Part shown: positions 1 to 8,389 of the stretch, piece after piece
Numbering within the stretch: the stretch's first letter is position 1
How the letters are laid out: each line of letters begins with the position of its first letter
Assembly (NCBI GenBank): GCA_002401345.1
Contig: NVSU01000004.1
Location: 628-51,107 of the forward strand
Length of the DNA: 50,480 bases
Source: Candidatus Wolfebacteria bacterium
GTDB taxonomy: Bacteria; Patescibacteriota; Minisyncoccia; Phycocordibacterales; NVSU01
Direction: 5' to 3'
The notes under the pieces: generated by a model
The model's database searches: none
The model's input: the letters and a program-made list of their open reading frames with translations, nothing else
Told to the model about the DNA's origin: nothing
Translations under genes and position numbers: made by a program

Positions 1-678
1 ATATTCCGGAAGAACCTTGAATACAATTATGAGTGCAGTTAGTATTGCAAAACCACACAAGATTGACGCGACACCGGTACGTGTAACTGTTATAAAAATA
101 TACACCACTGTAGCTGGAACAATAAAGGCTGCATACGCAACTGCCAACCAATAGAGCGCTTTATTTTTCTTATTGTTCTTGTCACGCATGTGAAAGAAAA
201 TCATTGAGATTCCTATAATCAAAAATAGTAAATAATATGCACTGTGCAATAATTTATAGGAACCTAATGAATCAAATATGACAAAATTTCCTGTACATGA
301 TGTTGATATAAATATATCTGGAACAAAAATGATTATAAGTGAAAGAATCACCGCAATGATATACCCTATTTTTGTCCATATAGTTTTTTTAGTTATAAGT
401 GATATTAGGTGTACTCCTAGTATCGGCAGAAACGCTATACTTATAAATGCAATTTTTGACCAGAGGAGTGGTTGAACACCTTTACAGATTAAATATTCAG
501 ATAGCTGAAAAATTCCAAGGATGAATAATAGTAATGCAGAAAGACGACCAAACAAATTCATTCGATATTTTATGATGACATACAGTGCTAACACTATCTC
601 TATAATGAACGTGAGCAGCGTGACTAAGGGAGTGAAACAATATAATGTTATTGAGTTATTTTTCTTAGAACATTTCAT
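1..678 (-). CDS. Multi-pass membrane protein (HisKA_7TM-like N-terminal domain), 3' end off the window
   Basis: Manual translation from ATG at 678: MKCSKKNNSITLYCFTPLVTLLTFIIEIVLALYVII...FQLSEYLIC...VLPEY. The frame is open to base 1 with about 7 hydrophobic segments. Absent from the ORF track because it has no stop in the window. Confidence 0.7.
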   Translation of the reverse strand, partial: MKCSKKNNSITLYCFTPLVTLLTFIIEIVLALYVIIKYRMNLFGRLSALLLFILGIFQLSEYLICKGVQPLLWSKIAFISIAFLPILGVHLISLITKKTIWTKIGYIIAVILSLIIIFVPDIFISTSCTGNFVIFDSLGSYKLLHSAYYLLFLIIGISMIFFHMRDKNNKKNKALYWLAVAYAAFIVPATVVYIFITVTRTGVASILCGFAILTALIIVFKVLPEY

Positions 679-813
679 CCCGTAGTGAAAAATGACATTG
701 CTCCTTCAAGAGCATGTGAATCAAAATTTAAATTATTTGTAAAGTTTCGAATTACGTTGTTCATATTAAAAATATAGTATCCAACTAATGTCATTTTCTA
801 CTACGGGATTCAT
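674..813 (-). repeat. Family-A inverted-repeat element, copy 1, at the start codon of the 7TM gene
   Basis: Sense strand reads ATGAA-TCCCGTAGTAGAAAATGACATT...AATGTCATTTTTCACTACGGG-ATGAA. The two ATGs (813 and 678) are 135 nt apart. Highly similar to 2193-2332. Confidence 0.9.
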
Positions 814-868
814 CGTATATATTCTATTATACCTTGAAACTTTCAATATCTACTACATACTGTTTCAA

Positions 869-887
869 CCTGTCCTCCTGTGGAGGG
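869..887. repeat. Short palindromic element sharing both ends with the dnaK in-frame insert
   Basis: CCTGTCCTCC-tgt-GGAGGG here versus CCTGTCCTCC-gtagcttttgcaga-GGAGGG at 15890-15919. Confidence 0.5.
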
Positions 888-911
888 AACCTTGTGTGAA
901 TGAAAATAAAA

Positions 912-935
912 AAAGCCCCCACAATGGAGGGCTTT
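912..935 (-). terminator. Intrinsic terminator
   Basis: AAAGCCC(C)CC-acaat-GG(A)GGGCTTT hairpin. The A-run on + is the U-tract on -. Confidence 0.7.
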
Positions 936-961
936 AAAAGTTTCAGATCAGTAGATCTTCA

Positions 962-1240
962 TTAACCAAGTTCAATATGACCTTTTTTGGAATGTATCTC
1001 CTTCCTGAGTTTTTTGCAGTGCCAGTGTTCATATATCAAGAATGGAGTGACAAGAAGCGCTACTACAATAAGACCAGTTGCTTCTGCAGCTTGATCCATA
1101 AACACAACAAGGGCAGCAACGAGACATAATCCAATGACTGCCAAAAGTAATTGATTTCTTGTTTGTTTAGAGTGCTTTAACAATCTATGCAGGCGTGACT
1201 CATTATCTTCTTGTTCTGAATGATTAGGTGATAAATCCAT
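962..1240 (-). CDS. Orphan small membrane protein (2 TM)
   Basis: 92-aa ORF with two hydrophobic helices, its own promoter and terminator. Confidence 0.7.
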   Translation of the reverse strand: MDLSPNHSEQEDNESRLHRLLKHSKQTRNQLLLAVIGLCLVAALVVFMDQAAEATGLIVVALLVTPFLIYEHWHCKKLRKEIHSKKGHIELG

Positions 1241-1282
1241 ATTGTATTTAATTTAATGTTCAAAAATGTAATTTCTACGTGC

Positions 1283-1311
1283 AATATATCACGATATAAG
1301 TCCATTGTCAA
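1283..1311 (-). promoter_or_regulatory. sigma70 promoter
   Basis: TTGACA-17 nt (ending TGA)-TATATT. Confidence 0.7.
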
Positions 1312-1380
1312 CATATCGTAATGGTTCAATAGCTTGGAATCACTTTTAGTAGTAAATTCAAATATATGTCATATAAAAAA

Positions 1381-1404
1381 ATAGTCCTGATTGCTCAGGA
1401 CTAT
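1381..1404 (-). terminator. Intrinsic terminator
   Basis: ATAGTCCTGA-ttgc-TCAGGACTAT preceded by an A-run on +. Confidence 0.75.
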
Positions 1405-1410
1405 AAAGTT

Positions 1411-1947
1411 TCAATTTGCACGAATGTTTGTTTTCCTATCAAATTCACATCGTTTTAATGGCTCAAGCGTTGGAGTAACATGTATCAATTTCTCCTCTTC
1501 ATCATTTCCCTCCTCTACATCAGGTCTGAGTTCAGTCTGAACAATATAGAAATTCATAATATTCCACTCATCACCTAATTCATGATTAAAGTCAGATCTA
1601 AGAATCTGCCATGATCCACCCTCAAATTCGAAATTAAATTCAATCTTTATTGCATCAATAATCTCTTCTATATCTTTGTCATCCACTACCAAAAGTATTG
1701 TCGGTTCCTGATATAGTTTTCCTAATACAGAATTTATGAGATCGCACCTAGTATAAAGGCTAGCCATAAAGTTAACTCGTGATCCAAATAACTGCTCGGA
1801 CAAATCAAAAATAATTTTCAACTTTTCCTGTCCTGCGATTACTTTTCTGAATTCTGGATTCATATACACTAAAGGTAAAATCTCTCTCGTTTCAAAATGA
1901 ATGTTTATTGTCTTACTGCCGTACGTTGCGATGAATATTCTTTTCAT
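1411..1947 (-). CDS. Orphan hypothetical protein
   Basis: 178-aa ORF with its own promoter and terminator. No family recognised. Confidence 0.7.
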   Translation of the reverse strand: MKRIFIATYGSKTINIHFETREILPLVYMNPEFRKVIAGQEKLKIIFDLSEQLFGSRVNFMASLYTRCDLINSVLGKLYQEPTILLVVDDKDIEEIIDAIKIEFNFEFEGGSWQILRSDFNHELGDEWNIMNFYIVQTELRPDVEEGNDEEEKLIHVTPTLEPLKRCEFDRKTNIRAN

Positions 1948-1979
1948 ATTAAAAAACTAAACGGTTTAAATCTTTTTCT

Positions 1980-2008
1980 AGAATATCATTGTTTATAGGA
2001 AATGTCAA
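1980..2008 (-). promoter_or_regulatory. sigma70 promoter
   Basis: TTGACA-17 nt (ending TGA)-TATTCT. Confidence 0.7.
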
Positions 2009-2064
2009 TTTTGGGAATTGTCTAAACTCCTTATTTTTTGGTACTCTGTACCTATACATCGTTA

Positions 2065-2191
2065 GATCCTGTAGTCCCGACGTCCCTAAAATGTCGGGAG
2101 TCGGGAAGCCGATCGTAGCATCGGCTCTCAGTTTGGTTAGAGTGCATCGTTGACATCGATGAGGTCAGAGGTTCAAGTCCTCTCAGGATCA
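2065..2191 (+). tRNA. tRNA-Val(GAC) interrupted by a 52-nt insertion (2075-2126) between G10 and C11
   Basis: Acceptor GATCCTG/CAGGATC. D-stem G|CTC/GAGT. Anticodon arm CATCG-TTGACAT-CGATG. T arm AGAGG-TTCAAGT-CCTCT. No encoded CCA. Confidence 0.85.
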
Positions 2192-2192
2192 C

Positions 2193-2332
2193 ATGAATCC
2201 CGTAGTAGAAAATAGCATTAGTGGGATACTATATTTTTAATATGAATAACATAATTCGAAACCTTGTAAATAATTTAAATTTCGGTTCACATGCTCTTGA
2301 AGGAGCAATGCCATTTTTCACTACGGGATGAA
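2193..2332 (+). repeat. Family-A element, copy 2
   Basis: ATGAA-TCCCGTAGTAGAAAATAGCATT...AATGCCATTTTTCACTACGGG-ATGAA, 135-nt unit. Confidence 0.9.
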
Positions 2333-2456
2333 TCCCGTTAGAGATCTAAACGCTATGTAGTGGACTTTACAGAGAATCTACAGATATAATAAAAACAATC
2401 AGAATTTATTACGCATTATACGGAAATCTTTGATTTCCTATCTCTAACGGGATGAA
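2328..2456 (+). repeat. Family-A' element in tandem with copy 2
   Basis: ATGAA-TCCCGTTAGAGAT...ATCTCTAACGGG-ATGAA, 124-nt unit with the subterminal hairpin GGAAATC-ttt-GATTTCC. Confidence 0.85.
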
Positions 2457-2550
2457 AATATTAAGTATAGAAACCCCAGTACCTCATCGCTTCGCGCTGG
2501 CTACTCGCCTCGCTAATGCTCTGGCGAAGCGGGCGGGGCAAGAAGTAGTG
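2452..2550 (+). pseudogene. Duplicated tsaD 5' end interrupted by a GC-rich palindromic insert (2474-2538)
   Basis: ATGAAAATATTAAGTATAGAAAC is identical to 2595-2617. After the CCCCAGTA...GGGG insert the sequence resumes with CAAG, as in tsaD. Confidence 0.75.
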
Positions 2551-2594
2551 TTACAGATTAATATAAGAAAATTAGTAAAACACGATTGAACAAC

Positions 2595-3779
2595 ATGAAA
2601 ATATTAAGTATAGAAACAAGTTGTGATGAGACTGCATTAAGTATTATTGATGCAGGTGGTGAGTTAGATGCTCCTACATTCTCAATTCTATCTAATCAAA
2701 TTGCATCTCAAATAGAAATCCATAAAGAATATGGGGGTGTCTTCCCTGCACTTGCCAAACGTGAACATAGCAAAAATATACTACCGCTTTTGGAAAAAAC
2801 TCTGAATGATGCACATGTGATCAACTCTGGTAGCACAACTGTCAATGAAGACGCCCAAAAAAAAGCACATTCTATATTAGAGCGAGAAGATATGCTTTCA
2901 ACACAATTATTAGAATATGTGTCTTCTCATGAGATACCCGACATAGATCTTATAGCAGTCACGTACGGACCCGGTCTAGAACCTGCACTGTGGGTAGGAC
3001 TTAATTTTGCAAAAGCACTTTCAGTGCTATGGAATAAGACGCTTATCCCAGTAAATCATATGGAAGGACATTTGGTGTCTTCTCTACTTTCAATTGACAA
3101 TGATCCTACAGGTATACAAAAAATAAATAAAGTAGAATTTCCTGCGATTTCACTTCTTATTAGCGGTGGACATACGGAATTGGTGTTAGTAAAAAACTGG
3201 ATGGACTACACTATTTTAGGAGAAACTGTTGATGATGCAGTAGGAGAGGCATTTGATAAAGTGGCCCGTATGCTCGAGCTTCCTTATCCTGGTGGACCAG
3301 AAATTTCAAAACTTGCAGAAAAATCATCAACTTCTGATCTTGAAATCACTCTTCCTCGACCCATGATTAACTCAAAAGATTATAATTTTTCATTTTCAGG
3401 TCTCAAGACTGCTGTCTTATATAAACTAAAGGAGTTTCCCGAAATAACTGACGACATTAAAATAACAATTGCAAAAGAATTTCAAAATGCCGCCACTGAT
3501 GTTCTCATTAAAAAAACTATGCGTGCAGCAGATGAATATGGAGCAAAGACGATTCTTGTAGGAGGAGGCGTCGCCGCAAACACCCACATTAGAGAGACAT
3601 TAGAAAATGAGTCTGAAAACAGAGATCTTATGCTCCGTATACCACGAAAAGACATTGCAACGGATAATTCTATAATGATCGGTATGGCAGGATATTTTCG
3701 TTACTTGGGAAGTAAAAATGGGACAATAGATCTTCCTGACCCCCACCCACTTCGCGCCTGTGGGAATTTGGGATTATAA
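2595..3779 (+). CDS. tsaD: tRNA N6-adenosine threonylcarbamoyltransferase
   Basis: MKILSIETSCDET start, GPGL, HMEGH, SGGHT, DDAVGEAFDK, FSFSGLK and DNSIMIG motifs. Start moved to the ATG at 2595. Confidence 0.97.
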   Translation: MKILSIETSCDETALSIIDAGGELDAPTFSILSNQIASQIEIHKEYGGVFPALAKREHSKNILPLLEKTLNDAHVINSGSTTVNEDAQKKAHSILEREDMLSTQLLEYVSSHEIPDIDLIAVTYGPGLEPALWVGLNFAKALSVLWNKTLIPVNHMEGHLVSSLLSIDNDPTGIQKINKVEFPAISLLISGGHTELVLVKNWMDYTILGETVDDAVGEAFDKVARMLELPYPGGPEISKLAEKSSTSDLEITLPRPMINSKDYNFSFSGLKTAVLYKLKEFPEITDDIKITIAKEFQNAATDVLIKKTMRAADEYGAKTILVGGGVAANTHIRETLENESENRDLMLRIPRKDIATDNSIMIGMAGYFRYLGSKNGTIDLPDPHPLRACGNLGL

Positions 3780-3806
3780 AAACCCTTACATAAAAGTAAG
3801 GGTTTT
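3779..3806. terminator. Bidirectional terminator
   Basis: AAAACCCTTAC-ataaaa-GTAAGGGTTTT between convergent genes. Confidence 0.75.
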
Positions 3807-3864
3807 GGATATACTTGATCTTTATAGGACCTCTTCATAGTCAACAAAAGGTTGATCAAAAAAT

Positions 3865-4152
3865 TTACCAGCTTTTTTGTCTACATTGATCGCACATATC
3901 ATCAATGTGATCAGTAGTAGTATCAGTGTTCATATTTGTATTAATTACGTATACTCCACATCCTCCACTACAATATCCTTCATATCTATTGTGTAGCAGA
4001 TATGGACTTGAAACAACAGTTATTATAGCCATAATAACTAAGGTACTTATAACAATTGATACAACAACAGCAATTAACGCTAAACCCGAAAAAAGAAAAA
4101 ACGATAGCACAAGACCAGCTAGACCCACAATAAATAGTACGATTTTTTTCAT
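3865..4152 (-). CDS. Orphan small membrane protein with a C-terminal Cys cluster
   Basis: Hydrophobic N-terminal half, then CSGGC...CDQC. Promoter TTGACA-17-TATTAT at 4208-4236. Confidence 0.65.
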   Translation of the reverse strand: MKKIVLFIVGLAGLVLSFFLFSGLALIAVVVSIVISTLVIMAIITVVSSPYLLHNRYEGYCSGGCGVYVINTNMNTDTTTDHIDDMCDQCRQKSW

Positions 4153-4348
4153 ATTCTGTGTATTTTAAAGTATTATTTGTTTCAAAAAACTCTATTTATT
4201 CATACAGATAATACTATTCTATATACACACTGTCAAGAATTATCTGTATACGGGAACATAGGAAAACCTATTTTAGGATGTATATATTTTTGAATTATAA
4301 ACCTCTTTTCTTTTGAATAAAGCCTTATATTTTGCTATCATTGAACAC

Positions 4349-7138
4349 ATGAACGATGATAATAAAGCGGACGATCCCAAAAAAGAAACTACATCTAAGT
4401 TCACAGATAAATTCTTAAAACCCTATGATTCCAAGGAAACTGAGGATCGTATATACAAACTCTGGGAGGAGAGTGGCTTTTTTAATCCTGATACCCTTAT
4501 AAAGGAGAATATTATCGATGCTGAGGCTGAGCCCTTCTCTATCGTACTTCCACCACCTAACGTTACGGGAACACTTCACACTGGACATGCTGCAATGCTC
4601 GCAATAGAAGATATAATGGTTCGATTTAATCGAATGAGAGGAAAAAAGGCATTATGGATCCCTGGAACAGACCATGCTGCAATTGCGACTCAATCACTCG
4701 TAGAAAAGCAACTCGCTAAAAAGAAGATACGGAGGCAAGACATAGGTCGTGAGGAATTTCTGAAACACGTTGATGCATTTGCCAGCGAATCACATGACAC
4801 GATCGTAAATCAGATTCGAAAAATGGGTGCGTCTATAGATTGGTCTCGCGAAGCATTTACACTTGATAATACTCGTGAAAAAGCTGTTCGTACTGCATTT
4901 AAAAGAATGTATGATGATGGATTGATTTATCGAGGATATAGAATTGTAAACTGGGATCCCAAGGGCCAAACAACTATTTCAGATGATGAGGTTCAACACG
5001 AGGACAGAAAGGCACACATGTATACCTTTAAATATTCTAAAGACTTCCCTATCTCAATTGCGACCACACGACCCGAAACAAAAGTTGGTGACACTGCTGT
5101 GGCAGTTCATCCTGATGATGACCGATATAAAAAATATATTGGTAACACCTATGAACTCGAATTTGCAGGTGTTCCCCTTTCAATACAAATTGTAGGAGAT
5201 GATAAAGTTGATCCAGAATTTGGAACTGGAGCAGTAGGAGTAACTCCTGCTCATAGTATGACCGACTGGGAAATAGCTCAGCGACATGACCTTCCAATGA
5301 AACAAGTGATCAATGAGTATGCAAAGATGATGGTAGATGCGCCAGAGCTCAAGGATAAGAAAACTACTGAGGCGAGGGAGATCATTGTGAAATGGCTCAC
5401 TGATGAGGAACTTCTCGAACATACAGAAGAAGTAGATCAAAGTATTTCTGTGGCTGAGCGTACAAATGGAATTATTGAGCCAATACCTAAATTACAATGG
5501 TTTATAGACGTACATAAAGAATTTACTCTCGCTAATTCACATATAGATGGAATAAAATCTGGTCAAAAGACATCACTAAAGGAGCTTATGCTTACTGTTG
5601 TTAAAAATGATCAAATCAAGATCATTCCCGAAAGATTTGAAAAAACATATTTTCATTGGATAGAAAATCTGCGTGACTGGAATATCTCGCGACAAATCTG
5701 GTATGGCCACAGAGTTCCTGTATGGTATGACAAGGATGATGCTATTCATCTTCAAGAGGAACATAACATTATTTTCATACGTCATGGACAAAGTGAAACT
5801 AATGCGAGTGGGATTATTGCAGGAAATACCGACACACCATTAACAGATAAGGGGCGAGCACAAGCACAAGATGAAGTTAAAAGCTTAAAGGAACGTAACA
5901 TTACGAAAATTATCTCCTCTGATCTAAGTCGATCAAAAGAAACCGCTGAGATTATAGGGCGTGAACTCGGCATTAAAGTTGAGTCATGGTGTGAATTGCA
6001 CGAAGTTGATGCAGGAGATATTCAAGGTACATTTAAGGATCCTGAAAATCATTTTCTACAAAGGGCACAAGATGCACACACAGGTGAAACATTAGAACAA
6101 ATTGAATATCGTGCGCGATTAATTATTGAGAAACTAAAATCTCTCAATGAAACTGGAAATGTACTTGTCGTCGGTCATGATGCATTTATTGCAATGATAT
6201 TTGGCGTGTGGAACAATGTTCCCAAAGAACGACTTATGGACCATATAAATAGCTGGAAGAGCTTGGACAATGCAAAAGGATTGGATGTTCAAATCTTAAC
6301 TGATCCCCAGGGAGAAGATTTAACACAAGACCCTGACACACTTGATACATGGTTCTCTTCTGGACTATGGACATTTTCAACACTCGGATGGCCTTCTCAA
6401 ACTGATGACCTCAAGACATATCACCCAACGAACGTACTGGAAACAGGACATGATTTGCTATTTTTCTGGATTGCACGAATGATTCTTATGACCACATATC
6501 TTCTGGGTGATATCCCCTTTCGAACAGTATACTTCCACGGACTTATTTTAGATAAAGATGGAAAGAAGATGAGTAAGTCTCGACCGGAGACTGCCATTGA
6601 TCCACTCATTGCAATAGAAAAATTTGGTGCTGACGCACTTCGTATGGCTATGATTGTTGGAGTGGGCCCAGGAAGCAGTAACACCCTCTCCGATGAGAAA
6701 ATTAAGGCGTATAAAAAATTTGCAAATAAACTTTGGAATGCAACACGATATGTACTTGAGAGTATAGGGGATTTTGATACGGAACGCACAGTCACACTTA
6801 CAAAGAAGCACGCGTCGTATATAGACGAATTACATGCGCTCGTAAATGAAATAACTAATGAAATGGAAGAATACAAATATTACCTCGTAGCAGAAAAACT
6901 CTATCACTATTTCTGGCATACGTTTGCAGATGTTATTATAGAAGAGAGCAAAGACCTACTTACACATGGTACTGAGGAGGAAAAACTGTCTGCTCACTAT
7001 ACACTTTGGACAATTCTGACCACACTTCTAAAACTACTTCATCCTTTTATGCCGTATGTCACAGAAGAAATTTGGGGAGCACTTCCGCATAACAAAACTC
7101 ATTTATTAATGGTCGAAAAATGGCCAATTCAAAAATAG
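4349..7138 (+). CDS. valS: Valine--tRNA ligase with an inserted histidine-phosphatase domain
   Basis: PPPNVTGTLHTGH, WNISRQIWYGH, DTWFSS and KMSKS motifs, plus an RHG-domain insertion. Start moved to ATG 4349, 7 nt after TG-c-TATCAT. Confidence 0.96.
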   Translation: MNDDNKADDPKKETTSKFTDKFLKPYDSKETEDRIYKLWEESGFFNPDTLIKENIIDAEAEPFSIVLPPPNVTGTLHTGHAAMLAIEDIMVRFNRMRGKKALWIPGTDHAAIATQSLVEKQLAKKKIRRQDIGREEFLKHVDAFASESHDTIVNQIRKMGASIDWSREAFTLDNTREKAVRTAFKRMYDDGLIYRGYRIVNWDPKGQTTISDDEVQHEDRKAHMYTFKYSKDFPISIATTRPETKVGDTAVAVHPDDDRYKKYIGNTYELEFAGVPLSIQIVGDDKVDPEFGTGAVGVTPAHSMTDWEIAQRHDLPMKQVINEYAKMMVDAPELKDKKTTEAREIIVKWLTDEELLEHTEEVDQSISVAERTNGIIEPIPKLQWFIDVHKEFTLANSHIDGIKSGQKTSLKELMLTVVKNDQIKIIPERFEKTYFHWIENLRDWNISRQIWYGHRVPVWYDKDDAIHLQEEHNIIFIRHGQSETNASGIIAGNTDTPLTDKGRAQAQDEVKSLKERNITKIISSDLSRSKETAEIIGRELGIKVESWCELHEVDAGDIQGTFKDPENHFLQRAQDAHTGETLEQIEYRARLIIEKLKSLNETGNVLVVGHDAFIAMIFGVWNNVPKERLMDHINSWKSLDNAKGLDVQILTDPQGEDLTQDPDTLDTWFSSGLWTFSTLGWPSQTDDLKTYHPTNVLETGHDLLFFWIARMILMTTYLLGDIPFRTVYFHGLILDKDGKKMSKSRPETAIDPLIAIEKFGADALRMAMIVGVGPGSSNTLSDEKIKAYKKFANKLWNATRYVLESIGDFDTERTVTLTKKHASYIDELHALVNEITNEMEEYKYYLVAEKLYHYFWHTFADVIIEESKDLLTHGTEEEKLSAHYTLWTILTTLLKLLHPFMPYVTEEIWGALPHNKTHLLMVEKWPIQK

Positions 7139-7148
7139 AAATAATATA

Positions 7149-7835
7149 ATGACAACAGCACAAATCATAATTGCACTCATCGGAGGACTTATTCCCGCAC
7201 TGTTATGGCTCTGGTTCTGGTTACGTGAAGACAAGGAGAAGCCTGAACCGAAGGGACTTCTTTTGATAACATTCTTACTCGGTATGGCAGTCGTGGGTAT
7301 CGTACTTCCACTAGAAAGACTAGCCGATACACTTATACCGAATGCGACAGGTACACTTGTAGCATGGGCCTCAATAGAAGAACTTGCTAAATTTGCTGCA
7401 GCCGCCGTTATAGCACTTAGAACCAAATATGCAGATGAACCAGTAGATTTTCCAATATACTTGATGACTGCTGCTCTTGGTTTTGCAGCGCTTGAAAATG
7501 GACTCTTTCTCTTAAACCCAGCAGTGGTAAATGATGCTGCAGTGAGTTTTTTGACTGGTGACTTACGATTTCTCGGAGCAACCTTACTACATGCTGTTGC
7601 AAGTGCACTTATAGGTATATCAATAGGTCTTTCCTTCTATAAAGGCTGGTTCGCAAAAAAAGCATATGTTATTTTTGGAATAGTGGCCGCAATCGTCTTG
7701 CACAGTTTGTTTAATTTTTTTATAATGAGAGGAGGAGACAATTTTTTCAGTGTGTTTAGTTTCATCTGGGTTGTCTCAATCATAATAATATTTATTTTTG
7801 AAAAACTAAGACGAATGAGTCTCGTAACTGCATAA
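7149..7835 (+). CDS. PrsW-family intramembrane glutamic protease
   Basis: IEELAK, GFAALEN, LLHA and LHSLFN motifs. Multi-TM. Confidence 0.85.
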   Translation: MTTAQIIIALIGGLIPALLWLWFWLREDKEKPEPKGLLLITFLLGMAVVGIVLPLERLADTLIPNATGTLVAWASIEELAKFAAAAVIALRTKYADEPVDFPIYLMTAALGFAALENGLFLLNPAVVNDAAVSFLTGDLRFLGATLLHAVASALIGISIGLSFYKGWFAKKAYVIFGIVAAIVLHSLFNFFIMRGGDNFFSVFSFIWVVSIIIIFIFEKLRRMSLVTA

Positions 7836-7866
7836 TTGTGGTTGCGTGATTTATTATTTAAACTAT

Positions 7867-8331
7867 ATGCTAAAAAAACGATCATTTTTTGAAAGACTTA
7901 CAGGAAGTGTAAAATTGGAAGACGACAATGAACTAGAGCTCGACGAACAAGAAATAGATTTGGATAATGTATTAGAGGAGAATGATAACTGGGTTGAAGA
8001 GGTTGGTGAATTATCTGTGGATGTATTTGAAACTCCAACTGATATTGTGGTGAAAGCAATGGTTGCAGGTGTACGACCAGATGAACTTACTATAAATATT
8101 TCCCGCGACTCATTAACGGTTGAGGGACATAGAGAGGAAAGTAGCACCGTAAGCGAAGATAATTATTATTCACGTGAACTTTACTGGGGTTCATTTTCAA
8201 GAACAATAGCACTTCCCCACGAAGTTGAACCAGATCAAGCAGTTGCAACTGAGAAACATGGATTGCTTATTCTAAAGATTCCTCGAATCGACAAAGAAAA
8301 GAAAGCTACGGTAAAAATTAAATCTATATAA
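7867..8331 (+). CDS. Hsp20/alpha-crystallin small heat-shock protein
   Basis: VDVFET...AGV...ELYWGSFSRTIALP...GLLILKIP. Confidence 0.92.
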   Translation: MLKKRSFFERLTGSVKLEDDNELELDEQEIDLDNVLEENDNWVEEVGELSVDVFETPTDIVVKAMVAGVRPDELTINISRDSLTVEGHREESSTVSEDNYYSRELYWGSFSRTIALPHEVEPDQAVATEKHGLLILKIPRIDKEKKATVKIKSI

Positions 8332-8340
8332 TAGACAACA

Positions 8341-8369
8341 AAAAAACACCCCTAGTGGGGTGTTTTTTT
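8341..8369. terminator. Bidirectional terminator
   Basis: AAAAAACACCCC-tagt-GGGGTGTTTTTT. Confidence 0.8.
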
Positions 8370-8389
8370 GTTGAATGAGTGTGTGTAGA

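Noticed and set aside
278-475. 65-aa plus-strand ORF
   Set aside because: Antisense shadow of the 7TM membrane gene at 1-678.
2075-2126. Group I/II intron or canonical BHB intron in tRNA-Val
   Set aside because: Far too short for a self-splicing intron, and I could not identify a bulge-helix-bulge at the junctions.
2193-2617. Possible CRISPR array from the recurring ATGAA/CCCG units
   Set aside because: Units are 124-143 nt with terminal inverted repeats rather than constant repeats with unique spacers, and no cas genes are present.
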